This document shows, piece after piece, positions 36,070 through 44,331 of a stretch of DNA of 50,562 nucleotides (its first letter is position 1; the number at the start of each line of letters is the position of its first letter). The position numbers and the translations under genes were made by a program. The stretch covers positions 1 through 50,562 of the forward strand of contig PFVO01000042.1 of the NCBI GenBank assembly GCA_002790655.1, read 5' to 3'. The stretch comes from Candidatus Moranbacteria bacterium CG_4_9_14_3_um_filter_44_28. Lineage in GTDB: Bacteria > Patescibacteriota > Minisyncoccia > Moranbacterales > UBA11712. The notes under the pieces were generated by a model. That model worked only from the letters and a program-made list of their open reading frames with translations, had not been told where the DNA came from and searched no databases.

Positions 36070-37545
36070 TTATTTTATCTTTTCAATTGCTTTTTGTATT
36101 CTAAAAAGGGTTTCCCTCTTCCCTACCGCCCACGCTACCTCCCACGGCGACGGACTTTTTTCTTTCCCGGTGAGAGCCACCCGAAGCGGCCAGAGCAGCT
36201 CTCCCCTATTCTCCGGATCAGCCGCGGCTAGGAGTTTATTTTTTAAATTTTCTAATGTCCATTTACTCTCCTCGACAGAAGAAATAATATCCAAAGCTTT
36301 TTTGAGGGATATCGCTAAATTATTGTTATCCATATCTTTCCATTTTAAAAGATCCTTTTCGTATGTTGGTTTTTTAAGGTAAACTTCTTTATTTTCGGCA
36401 ATGTCTGACAATTTCTTTATTCTTTCTTTTTCGACGGCGACAATTTTTTCAATATACTCGTCTGACAATTTCTCCTCATCTTCTTCAAGATATGGCCGAC
36501 TTGGTTCAATAAGCTCCCAGTCTTCCTTTTTTCGGAGATAAATACTATTCATCCAATCCAATTTATCTCTGTCGAAGATTGCTCCGGATTTATTGAGTTT
36601 TGATATGTCAAATTCCTCGATCAATTCTTCCAAAGTAAAAAATTCCTGTTCCGTTTTCGGATTCCAGCCCAGAAGGGCGATGAAATTCACCACTGCTTCC
36701 GGCAGATATCCCTTTTTCATGAAATCCCCGACACTGACGTCTCCGTCGCGCTTGGAAAGTTTCTTTTTCGTGTTTTTATTGAGTATCACGCAGAGATGTC
36801 CGTACTGCGGCGGATTCCAGTCAAACGCCTGATAAAGAAGCAGGTGTTTTGGCGTGCTGGAAAGCCATTCCTCCCCTCGCAATACAAGGGTTGTTTTCAT
36901 TAAATGATCGTCCACGACGTGGGCCAAGTGATAAGTGGGATAGCCATCTGATTTCAATATTACAAAGTCGTCTAAATTCTTGTTGGTAAACTTGACTTTA
37001 CCGCGCACGACATCTTCAAATTCCGTCTCCCCTGTCTCCGGAACATCAAAACGAATGACACATTTTTCGCCGTTCGCGATTTTCTTCTCGGCTTCCTCCC
37101 GCGAAATTTCTTTGAGACAAAGTTTGTCGTAAGCCGGGGCGAGGCGAGCTTTTTCCTGAACGGCCCGCAAACTGTCGAGTCTTTCCGGAGTGCAGAAGCA
37201 ATAATAGGCTTTCTTTTTTTCCACTAGCTCATGGGCATATTTTTTATAAATTTCAAGTCTTTTTGATTGAATATACGGCTTATATTCCCCTTTTTCATAA
37301 ATATCTCCTTTTTCATTGACAAAAACTCCCTCGTTATGCTTGAGACCCGCCCAGTCAAGTGAATCTATCAGTTTTTTTATCGCGCCGGGAACAACCCGCT
37401 TTTGATCCGTATCTTCGATCCGCAAAAAATAATCTCCTTTATGTTTTTTCGCATAAAGAAAATTATAAAGAGCCGTTCGCAGTCCTCCAATATGCAAATA
37501 TCCGGTTGGGCTGGGCGCAAAACGCACCCGGACTTTTTTGTTCAT
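36070..37545 (-). CDS. gltX: Glutamyl-tRNA synthetase
   Basis: RFAPSPTGYLHIGG (HIGH) and KLSKRDG (KMSKS). 491 aa. Confidence 0.95.
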   Translation of the reverse strand: MNKKVRVRFAPSPTGYLHIGGLRTALYNFLYAKKHKGDYFLRIEDTDQKRVVPGAIKKLIDSLDWAGLKHNEGVFVNEKGDIYEKGEYKPYIQSKRLEIYKKYAHELVEKKKAYYCFCTPERLDSLRAVQEKARLAPAYDKLCLKEISREEAEKKIANGEKCVIRFDVPETGETEFEDVVRGKVKFTNKNLDDFVILKSDGYPTYHLAHVVDDHLMKTTLVLRGEEWLSSTPKHLLLYQAFDWNPPQYGHLCVILNKNTKKKLSKRDGDVSVGDFMKKGYLPEAVVNFIALLGWNPKTEQEFFTLEELIEEFDISKLNKSGAIFDRDKLDWMNSIYLRKKEDWELIEPSRPYLEEDEEKLSDEYIEKIVAVEKERIKKLSDIAENKEVYLKKPTYEKDLLKWKDMDNNNLAISLKKALDIISSVEESKWTLENLKNKLLAAADPENRGELLWPLRVALTGKEKSPSPWEVAWAVGKRETLFRIQKAIEKIK

Positions 37546-37548
37546 AAG

Positions 37549-38088
37549 TTATACCGTGATTATTATAAACGGCATCTGCCAATATAAAAAGGTCGCGAGG
37601 AGCAACGCCGCCAAAAACAAATTGCGCAAAACAAAATAGGCCGTTGGGTTATTCAAAACTGACCAGCGCGAGAGAAATCCGTGCCGGGAAAAACTATTAA
37701 AAACCAGGGCTGACGTGAAAAAAAGAAATATAAAAAAGATAAAGAGAAGAAGCGCCAGGACATCGGAAAGAAAAAAATTCTGTTCAATGAGATAGCCAAA
37801 AAAATAACGCGCCATCGGGGCATAGAGTATCTGGATGAAAAACAAATAGGAAAAAAATATCGCGCTCGTAATCCGTTCCACTTTTGCTGTAAAATCTTCT
37901 GCATACTGCTGATTGGATACCAGAACCGCAAAAAAATAAACCGCGAGGATTATATGCAAAAGATAAACAAGAGCCGCCGACCAGAAAATGTAATTTTGAA
38001 ACAAAACAAAACCCAGAACTAGAGCCAGGATGACTGAAAAAATTAATGTGATTATTCGCAAACTCGACATCTCATTTTGATTTAACAA
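37549..38088 (-). CDS. Hypothetical polytopic membrane protein
   Basis: 179 aa with about 5 TM helices. No catalytic motif. Confidence 0.45.
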   Translation of the reverse strand: MLNQNEMSSLRIITLIFSVILALVLGFVLFQNYIFWSAALVYLLHIILAVYFFAVLVSNQQYAEDFTAKVERITSAIFFSYLFFIQILYAPMARYFFGYLIEQNFFLSDVLALLLFIFFIFLFFTSALVFNSFSRHGFLSRWSVLNNPTAYFVLRNLFLAALLLATFLYWQMPFIIITV

Positions 38089-38794
38089 CAGTTAAAATTG
38101 GAAAAACAATAACCGCGTTCCAAATTCTTCGGAGCCTCTTTGGCTCCTGAACGAGCCGGAATAGCCATTCCAGCCCTGCCTTTCGCATCCATTTCGGCGC
38201 CCGTTTCATTTTCCCGATGAGAAAATCAAACGCTCCCCCTACCCCGACCAGAATCTTGGCGTTCGTAAATTTCGATCGGTTTTCAAAAATAAATTTTTCC
38301 TGCTCCGGCGCGCCAAAATTCACAAAAATGATTTCCGAGTTTTTCACCGCCTCACCTTCAAAAAAATTTCTCTCTAAATATCTCGCTTCCACATCTACTT
38401 CATACTTCCGCTCTATTCCCCGTTTTATCTCTTCGGGACTGCTCAAGCTGTCTCTGCAGACAATAACCAATACTTTTTTTCTATTTTTCTTTGCCAATTT
38501 CAGCAAATAATCCGTCAAATCCACTCCGGTATATCTCGACTTTATTCTTCTACCTTTCAGCGCAGCTGCGAACTTAATACCAAATCCGTCACACAAGTTC
38601 AAATCTGAACTATTAAGAATATCTTGATAATTTTTGTCGTGATAACCCTTTAGAATAATTTCGGGATTAAGCGTGGCAATAAATTTTTGTTGCGGCGGGT
38701 TTTCCAAAATACCTTTTAACCAGTCATTAACTTCCTCTCTTAAGAGATTATCCACTCTTATACTTAATAATTTAACATTCGCATTCATTCGCAT
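38072..38794 (-). CDS. WecB/TagA/CpsF family glycosyltransferase (GT26)
   Basis: ATLNPEII, LNLCDGFGI, VNFGAPEQEKF, VGVGGAFDF, P.WMRKAGLEWLFRL..EPKR..R. Confidence 0.88.
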   Translation of the reverse strand: MRMNANVKLLSIRVDNLLREEVNDWLKGILENPPQQKFIATLNPEIILKGYHDKNYQDILNSSDLNLCDGFGIKFAAALKGRRIKSRYTGVDLTDYLLKLAKKNRKKVLVIVCRDSLSSPEEIKRGIERKYEVDVEARYLERNFFEGEAVKNSEIIFVNFGAPEQEKFIFENRSKFTNAKILVGVGGAFDFLIGKMKRAPKWMRKAGLEWLFRLVQEPKRLRRIWNAVIVFPILTVVKSK

Positions 38795-38795
38795 T

Positions 38796-39494
38796 TTATT
38801 CTAACAGAAATGACTCCAGAATATAATAAACTCTCTTGCCCTTCTCAAATTTGCTTTCGTATAACTCGATCGAGTTCACCGAAACGGAAAATTTGAAATC
38901 TCTTTCCACTTCCGGCTCCGGTTTACCCCGCACCACAGATTTATCTTGCCGTCCGGCAGATAAGTGATCATAGCATTCTGTGGTGCGGGGTAAAATTTTT
39001 CTCCATTTTTCCTTTCTGATTCTTCCCAGAGTAATATGAGGTCTAAACTCTCTCTTTTCCCCTACGTGAAATCCAAGCGCTTTATCCAGCCGATATTTTA
39101 GATCAGACAATTCGTCGCTTTTCTCGCCCGTTGCCCAAATCATTTTCTTTATTTCGTCAGTCGGCCCCGGCTCTATTTTTACAAATTCCAGTTCGAAAGA
39201 CTGAAAATCCTGAACGGCGCTCTGAATAACCTCACAGACACCCAAAATATTTTCATCTGAAACGTAACCCAGAAAAATGAGCGTCAGGTGAAAATTTTCC
39301 CATCGAACCCATTTCACCCCGCACCACAGCCGGTTTTGATCTTTTATTCGCCTGGATAATCGATTTGAGCCATGCAAACGAAGCTGTGGTGCGGGGCAAG
39401 CGGGTAAATCCCCATATTCTTTTTCGACAAAACGAAACAGGCGCTTTTTGACGTCTTCCGGCAAACCAATTGCCACAAACAAGCGCTTTTGCAT
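38796..39494 (-). CDS. thpR: 2H-phosphoesterase (RNA 2',3'-cyclic phosphodiesterase ThpR / 2'-5' RNA ligase LigT) carrying two in-frame palindromic insertions
   Basis: Start at the ATG (MQKRLFVAIGLP); the track start is a TTG. Two HxTx motifs (HLTLIFLG, HITLGR) and a LigT-like C-terminus (FSVSVNSIELYES). About 49 aa longer than expected, accounted for by the elements at 38926-38990 and 39317-39396. Confidence 0.8.
   Translation of the reverse strand: MQKRLFVAIGLPEDVKKRLFRFVEKEYGDLPACPAPQLRLHGSNRLSRRIKDQNRLWCGVKWVRWENFHLTLIFLGYVSDENILGVCEVIQSAVQDFQSFELEFVKIEPGPTDEIKKMIWATGEKSDELSDLKYRLDKALGFHVGEKREFRPHITLGRIRKEKWRKILPRTTECYDHLSAGRQDKSVVRGKPEPEVERDFKFSVSVNSIELYESKFEKGKRVYYILESFLLE
38926..38990. 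repeat. Intragenic hairpin element copy A: CCCCGCACCACAG-39 nt-CTGTGGTGCGGGG
   Basis: Exact 13-bp inverted arms at 38926-38938 and 38978-38990; they extend to 17 bp with the TTTA/TAAA flanks. Translated as PRTTECYDHLSAGRQDKSVVRG. Confidence 0.9.
39317..39396. repeat. Intragenic hairpin element copy B: CCCCGCACCACAG-54 nt-CTGTGGTGCGGGG
   Basis: Exact 13-bp arms at 39317-39329 and 39384-39396. Translated in a different frame from copies A and C (..CPAPQLRLHGSNRLSRRIKDQNRLWCGV..). Confidence 0.9.
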
Positions 39495-39539
39495 AAGAAA
39501 ATTATAGCATTTTACCAACCAATTTTCAACCCGAATCTT

Positions 39540-41750
39540 CTACTCCACTTCCACGTCATAAATCGTCGCCACGTCTGATTTTTCTTCGGAACGGATTTCG
39601 GATCCATCGGCGGCGCGAATGTCGAAAATCACTTCGTTTTCTCCCGGCCGGATATCTTTTACTTTCGCTTCAATTGAAATTTTCGTATCAAGCTGGGTAA
39701 TATATTTTTTGTAAACTTCCTGCCCGTTAACAAGAACCTTAAGTCCGAGAGGCTTATAGAGTTTAATTTTAAAATTGAATTTCCCATCCTGCGGAATTTG
39801 CGCCATATTCACGATTTTCACACCCGCCCCGTTTTCCGCCCAGCGCTGAAGGCCGTTTTTTGACTTGCTCTTGCCGACCCAGTGTTTATTTGAATAATCC
39901 ATCGCCAAAAACATATGTTCCGGTATATCACTCTGGTCAATCTTGCAGGCATAAAGGTACTCATCCTTATATTCATCCGCACATTTTATGACATTTTGGA
40001 TATAAGCCCTGGCCGAATACAGCATGTTTAAATCACCTTTCGCTGGATTTCCCTTGAGTCCCTCTTTGTCTAATATGATATACCGGATATTATAATAATT
40101 TAGAATTTCGCTTGATATCTTATAATATGAATCCTTCATTATGTCGCGGTCATTGCCATTGCTCCCGTCCGGCAAATCATAAAGAATAGTCCGGATAATT
40201 GGAGTCCCTCGCTGAAAAGTATAATGATCCTTTATTACCCGGGCAAAATCGTAGCCATTTATTGTATTTTTGCGATGAATGCTCTTCCATACCAAATCAC
40301 GCGAAGCAAAATCATAATCCGTGCTCCCGGGGACTTCAAGCACGCTGTAATTTTCCTTGTCTTGACCTAATTTTTCATAAAAAGAAGAATGGAGAAGCAG
40401 ATTAGTCTTGAGAGGAATTGCGAGAAATTCAAGGATGATGATTATGCTAATTATAAAAAATACAATTTTTTGTCTGCGACCAAGCCCAAAAAGATCGATG
40501 CGTTTGCTTTTTGCAATATCACCAGTTGGCGATTCTTCTTTTATTCCTTCCTTTTTATTTCTTATTTTTGATATCACATACGTGCTTCCCCACGCCGCGA
40601 GAACGGAAAAGGCCAGCATAGAATATACAAAAAGCCGTCCGACAGTTCGGATATTATTAAAAAACGGAAGATAATTATAGGCCAGGAGATACGGCATTTT
40701 TATCGGCGGTTCGATTTGCCCCTTGAAATGAAGGTATGGTCCGAGAGACAAAATATAGAAGCCAAGGGCCACTGCCAGCCAAAACCACTTCTGGGAAATC
40801 CGGTTTTTGAAGAAAGCGAAAGTTGAAAGCAACAGCACAAAAAATCCGACGTAAACTGAAAATGTGCTGTCCGTTCTCCTTTCGAAAGTTTGCCGGACCC
40901 CCGAAAAAGCGTTCGGCCAAAAAGAATGAAAAGAAGGAGGGATGAAAATGCTCAAAGTGTCATTGGAGTATTTCACTGCCGCCTTAAATCCCGGATCGAG
41001 ATAATTGTCTCCAGAAGAGGCTATATTAAACAACGAACGGAACATAAAAAAGAAAAGGACTGATAAGACAAGAAGGCTGATAACCGCATAGAGCCAAAAC
41101 TTGCCTTTCAAAAAAATCTTCGGCTGGAAAATAAGTTTATAGACGAGAAAGAATAAAACGAATATTACGGTAAACGCCAGAAGCTGATGTTCGGAAAAAC
41201 CGATCAAAAGCAAAAACAATCCCGCCAGCGCGAAATTTTTGAACTTCAAGTCATCAAAAAATTTGAAAAGATAAAGCGCGAAAAACGGCAGCCACTCCTG
41301 ATGCATTGTGCCCACGTTGGTACTCAACGAATTGTGAAGATGAAACGGCGAAAAAGCGAAAATAATTCCGGCAAGGAGCGACGCTGATTTACTTTTTGTA
41401 AAGTAATAAGCCAGAAGATAGGCACCGAACCCGGAAAGGATAAACGACGCGAAAAAAAGCAGATTATAGCCGATTATTTTTCCAAAAATCAGCTCGAAAT
41501 AAGCATAGAGCGTGATGATGTTAAATTCCGACCGCCCCGCGAGTTCAATTGTTCCCTTGAAAATGCCAAGATCCTCGAGGACATTGACTCTTTCCCCCAC
41601 CGTTCCAATTACCTGCATTGTATCCGACCCGAAACTGGGAACGGAAGAAAAAAAATGCCAAAAAGCAGGCCAGGTGAGAATAAGCGTTAAGACGGCATAA
41701 AAAATAATTATTTGTAAAGATTCGTGTTTTTTCTTTTCAGATTTTTCCAT
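39540..41750 (-). CDS. Large polytopic membrane protein with C-terminal soluble domain (putative GT-C glycosyltransferase)
   Basis: 736 aa. About 12 TM helices in the first roughly 430 aa, then a roughly 300-aa soluble beta-rich C-terminus. Lies in the glycosylation operon. Confidence 0.5.
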   Translation of the reverse strand: MEKSEKKKHESLQIIIFYAVLTLILTWPAFWHFFSSVPSFGSDTMQVIGTVGERVNVLEDLGIFKGTIELAGRSEFNIITLYAYFELIFGKIIGYNLLFFASFILSGFGAYLLAYYFTKSKSASLLAGIIFAFSPFHLHNSLSTNVGTMHQEWLPFFALYLFKFFDDLKFKNFALAGLFLLLIGFSEHQLLAFTVIFVLFFLVYKLIFQPKIFLKGKFWLYAVISLLVLSVLFFFMFRSLFNIASSGDNYLDPGFKAAVKYSNDTLSIFIPPSFHSFWPNAFSGVRQTFERRTDSTFSVYVGFFVLLLSTFAFFKNRISQKWFWLAVALGFYILSLGPYLHFKGQIEPPIKMPYLLAYNYLPFFNNIRTVGRLFVYSMLAFSVLAAWGSTYVISKIRNKKEGIKEESPTGDIAKSKRIDLFGLGRRQKIVFFIISIIIILEFLAIPLKTNLLLHSSFYEKLGQDKENYSVLEVPGSTDYDFASRDLVWKSIHRKNTINGYDFARVIKDHYTFQRGTPIIRTILYDLPDGSNGNDRDIMKDSYYKISSEILNYYNIRYIILDKEGLKGNPAKGDLNMLYSARAYIQNVIKCADEYKDEYLYACKIDQSDIPEHMFLAMDYSNKHWVGKSKSKNGLQRWAENGAGVKIVNMAQIPQDGKFNFKIKLYKPLGLKVLVNGQEVYKKYITQLDTKISIEAKVKDIRPGENEVIFDIRAADGSEIRSEEKSDVATIYDVEVE

Positions 41751-41824
41751 GGTCCAAATAAAATATTAAATAGAAAATAGAAAATATTTTTGAATTTTTA
41801 CTATTTTCTTTTTGCTTTTTTATA

Positions 41825-42553
41825 TTATTTATATTTCCCTCTCCAATCATTCACTCTTATCCTCAACAAATCCCAGGTCATGTTGAGCGGATCACGGACC
41901 AGCCGGATATGGCTTTCCGGTGGATTTTGGAGAGAAATGGGAAGTTCCTTCATTTTATAACCGAATTTATTGGCCAAGAAAATCACCTCTGCGTCAAAAG
42001 CAAATCTTTTCACGGTGAGGCGCGAAAAAATTTTCATCGCCGCTTCCCGGCGAAAAACTTTGAAGCCGCACTGGGTATCCTTTATGTTCCATATGTTTAT
42101 GATTATTATCCGCAACAGCCGGAATATTTTTTCCATGATCCGCCGATGCCAGACCACGGGCCTCAAGATTTTCAGCCCCGGCACAAAACGCGAAGCGATT
42201 ACAAGATCAAAACCATTCTTCACCTCCTCCAAAAATCCATCGAGTTCTTCTATGGGAATTCCTAGATCGGCATCCAGAAACATTACCGTCTCAAAACGAC
42301 TCTTCAAAATGCCCCGCTGGACCGCTTTTCCTTTTCCCTCATTGGGCTGATTGTCAATTATCCTTATTGGAAACTCTTTCTGGAATCTCCTCAACTCTTC
42401 AAGGGTTTTGTCAGCGCTCCCGTCGTTGACCGCAATCAGCTCAAAATCATGAAAACGATTATTTAAGTAATCGAAAATGTTTTTAAGATTGAAGTAAATG
42501 GTTTTTTCCTCATTAAAACAAGGAACAACCACCGAAATCCGGCCGCTTTTCAT
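41825..42553 (-). CDS. Glycosyltransferase family 2 (dolichyl/polyprenyl-phosphate glycosyltransferase-like)
   Basis: ISVVVPCFNEEKTI, AVNDGSADKT, FLDADLG (DxD) and TQCGFKVFRR. Confidence 0.88.
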   Translation of the reverse strand: MKSGRISVVVPCFNEEKTIYFNLKNIFDYLNNRFHDFELIAVNDGSADKTLEELRRFQKEFPIRIIDNQPNEGKGKAVQRGILKSRFETVMFLDADLGIPIEELDGFLEEVKNGFDLVIASRFVPGLKILRPVVWHRRIMEKIFRLLRIIIINIWNIKDTQCGFKVFRREAAMKIFSRLTVKRFAFDAEVIFLANKFGYKMKELPISLQNPPESHIRLVRDPLNMTWDLLRIRVNDWRGKYK

Positions 42554-42597
42554 AGATATTTTTAAATTTCCTCAATTCTATTTTACTCTAATTCAAA

Positions 42598-44331
42598 TTA
42601 TTTTTCCAATGAGATCCCGAAGATATCTTTCCAAAATATTCTTTTCGACTTCTCTTCTTTTTCTCCTGCAAAAAAAGCACCCGCGTCTTCTTTTGGATTT
42701 ATTTTATACACAGTGAGCGCTCCAAACTTATTTTGCGATAAAATATCAAATTTTTCTTTGTTTTTCAGGCTGAAATTTTTGCTGCGGGTCAGACCAAAGG
42801 CATAAAAACATCCGTCCTGCCCGCCGTCATAATTTTTAATGGAAACCGCATTCAGATTTGCAAGTGCCAGCACGTATTTCGCGGGCGACTTGTATTCCGA
42901 GCTGGCGCTTATAAAAATAAGCGGCTTATCACAATCGCGTTTAATATATTCGGATGCTTTCTCGAGATGCCAAAGCACGATGCCATCCTGCGCTTTGAGA
43001 ATAATTGTTCGCTTAGGATAAACCACCCGCTTCTGGGAGGACCTTATTTCTTTAAACCAGAAATAGGTTCCAGTGAGATTCCCAAAAAACATTATCGAGA
43101 GCGCCAAAACAACGCAGATTTTCCAAAAAATACGTCGTTTCTCCCAGAAAAATACGGCAAGATAGCCGACAAAAATAAACGGCAGCGCGAGAAGCGGCAA
43201 AAAAAATCGCGGCCGGATTTGATAAGCAATCGGGATATAAGCCAAAAAATATACCGGAAACCAAAGAAGCGAAACAAGAATAAAATTTTTCCTGCCCGAA
43301 TTTTCCTCGCGGCGATAAAACTTGAAACCGAAAAACAGCGCCGGCAAAATCGCGCCCAGCCAGGAAACTATCGCCCCTTTAATGCCAGTCTTCCTGCTTA
43401 TCCAGCTCGTCAAAATCAAAAACCAATTTTGCCCGAAGTAGCGGATATCCCGCTTTACATTTTGCCAAAAACTGTGCGCTGACGGTTTTTCCTTAAGAGC
43501 CGATATGAACTCGCGGGTATTTTCTCCCTTGGAGATAACTTCATTCAAAAATACAGGGAGATAGAATAAAAGGACAACAAAAACAAATATCACCGCTTTT
43601 TTCCAGTCCAAGAATTTGCCGGCGTCTTTTCTGTTTTTCCAGAGAAAAATTGCCGTTATCACCGGCAGAGTCAGAAAGGAAAGAAAATGAAGCTGAGTCG
43701 AGACCGCGAAAGAAGCGCCTGCCAGAATCACCCAGCGCAAGCGGTATTTTATTTTCTTGCCCCGCACCACAGATTCCTCCGATGAAGCGGCAGTATTTTT
43801 ATTTAATAGACCTTGGCGACTTTCTGTGGTGCGGGGTGAATCGAATACGTTGAGAAGCGAATAAAAATAAAGAAGATTGAAAAAAGAGAGTGAATTCGGA
43901 TTCCAGGCAAAGCGGGAGTACTGAATTCCCAAAAAGCAAACGGAATAAAGTCCCGCGAGCACCAGCGACCAGTCGCGGGAAAAATATTTTTTGGCGAATA
44001 TGTAAAAAAGCGGAATGGAAAGAATTCCGAAAAGCAAATCCGGAAAGGCCATCACCGCCGGATGCGTGCTCTGGAAAATAGCCGCCGCCAGATATTGGAA
44101 ATAATAAAATACCGGCCCGACATTCAGCTCCGTTCCGCCTGCCTTTGGTCCGAGAAGCGGAAGCCAGCCTGGCCCCTTTTCAAAAGCGTCGCGGATAAGC
44201 ATTGCGTCCCGGGCCTGGTCCATTTTGAAAAACAGCCAGTCGGAAAAATGCCAGACGCGCAAAAAAACGGCCAGGCCCAGAACAAAGAAAAAAATTATTT
44301 CTTTGTAATTTTTTTTGAGGAAATCTTTCAT
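42598..44331 (-). CDS. ArnT/PMT-like GT-C glycosyltransferase (GT39/GT83-like) with an in-frame palindromic insertion
   Basis: 577 aa. N-terminal FFKMDQARD (DxD-like loop 1 motif), multiple TM helices and a C-terminal soluble domain. Element copy C lies at 43760-43836. Confidence 0.65.
   Translation of the reverse strand: MKDFLKKNYKEIIFFFVLGLAVFLRVWHFSDWLFFKMDQARDAMLIRDAFEKGPGWLPLLGPKAGGTELNVGPVFYYFQYLAAAIFQSTHPAVMAFPDLLFGILSIPLFYIFAKKYFSRDWSLVLAGLYSVCFLGIQYSRFAWNPNSLSFFNLLYFYSLLNVFDSPRTTESRQGLLNKNTAASSEESVVRGKKIKYRLRWVILAGASFAVSTQLHFLSFLTLPVITAIFLWKNRKDAGKFLDWKKAVIFVFVVLLFYLPVFLNEVISKGENTREFISALKEKPSAHSFWQNVKRDIRYFGQNWFLILTSWISRKTGIKGAIVSWLGAILPALFFGFKFYRREENSGRKNFILVSLLWFPVYFLAYIPIAYQIRPRFFLPLLALPFIFVGYLAVFFWEKRRIFWKICVVLALSIMFFGNLTGTYFWFKEIRSSQKRVVYPKRTIILKAQDGIVLWHLEKASEYIKRDCDKPLIFISASSEYKSPAKYVLALANLNAVSIKNYDGGQDGCFYAFGLTRSKNFSLKNKEKFDILSQNKFGALTVYKINPKEDAGAFFAGEKEEKSKRIFWKDIFGISLEK
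43760..43836. repeat. Intragenic hairpin element copy C: CCCCGCACCACAG-51 nt-CTGTGGTGCGGGG
   Basis: Exact 13-bp arms at 43760-43772 and 43824-43836. Translated as PRTTESRQGLLNKNTAASSEESVVRG. Confidence 0.9.

Noticed and set aside
38924-38992. 2-bp target-site duplications (TA, CA, TG) flanking the three hairpin elements.
   Set aside because: Not accepted as proven. Element plus a 2-bp duplication gives 67/82/79 nt (not 3n), yet the flanking protein segments stay in one frame. Two of the three flanks are identical 4-mers, so they may be part of the element or a site preference.
38926-43836. CRISPR array interpretation of the repeated 13-mers.
   Set aside because: The repeats are inverted rather than direct, only 13 bp long, occur in pairs inside intact ORFs several kb apart, and no cas genes are present. 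The Cas4-like nuclease at 31114-32235 is solitary.
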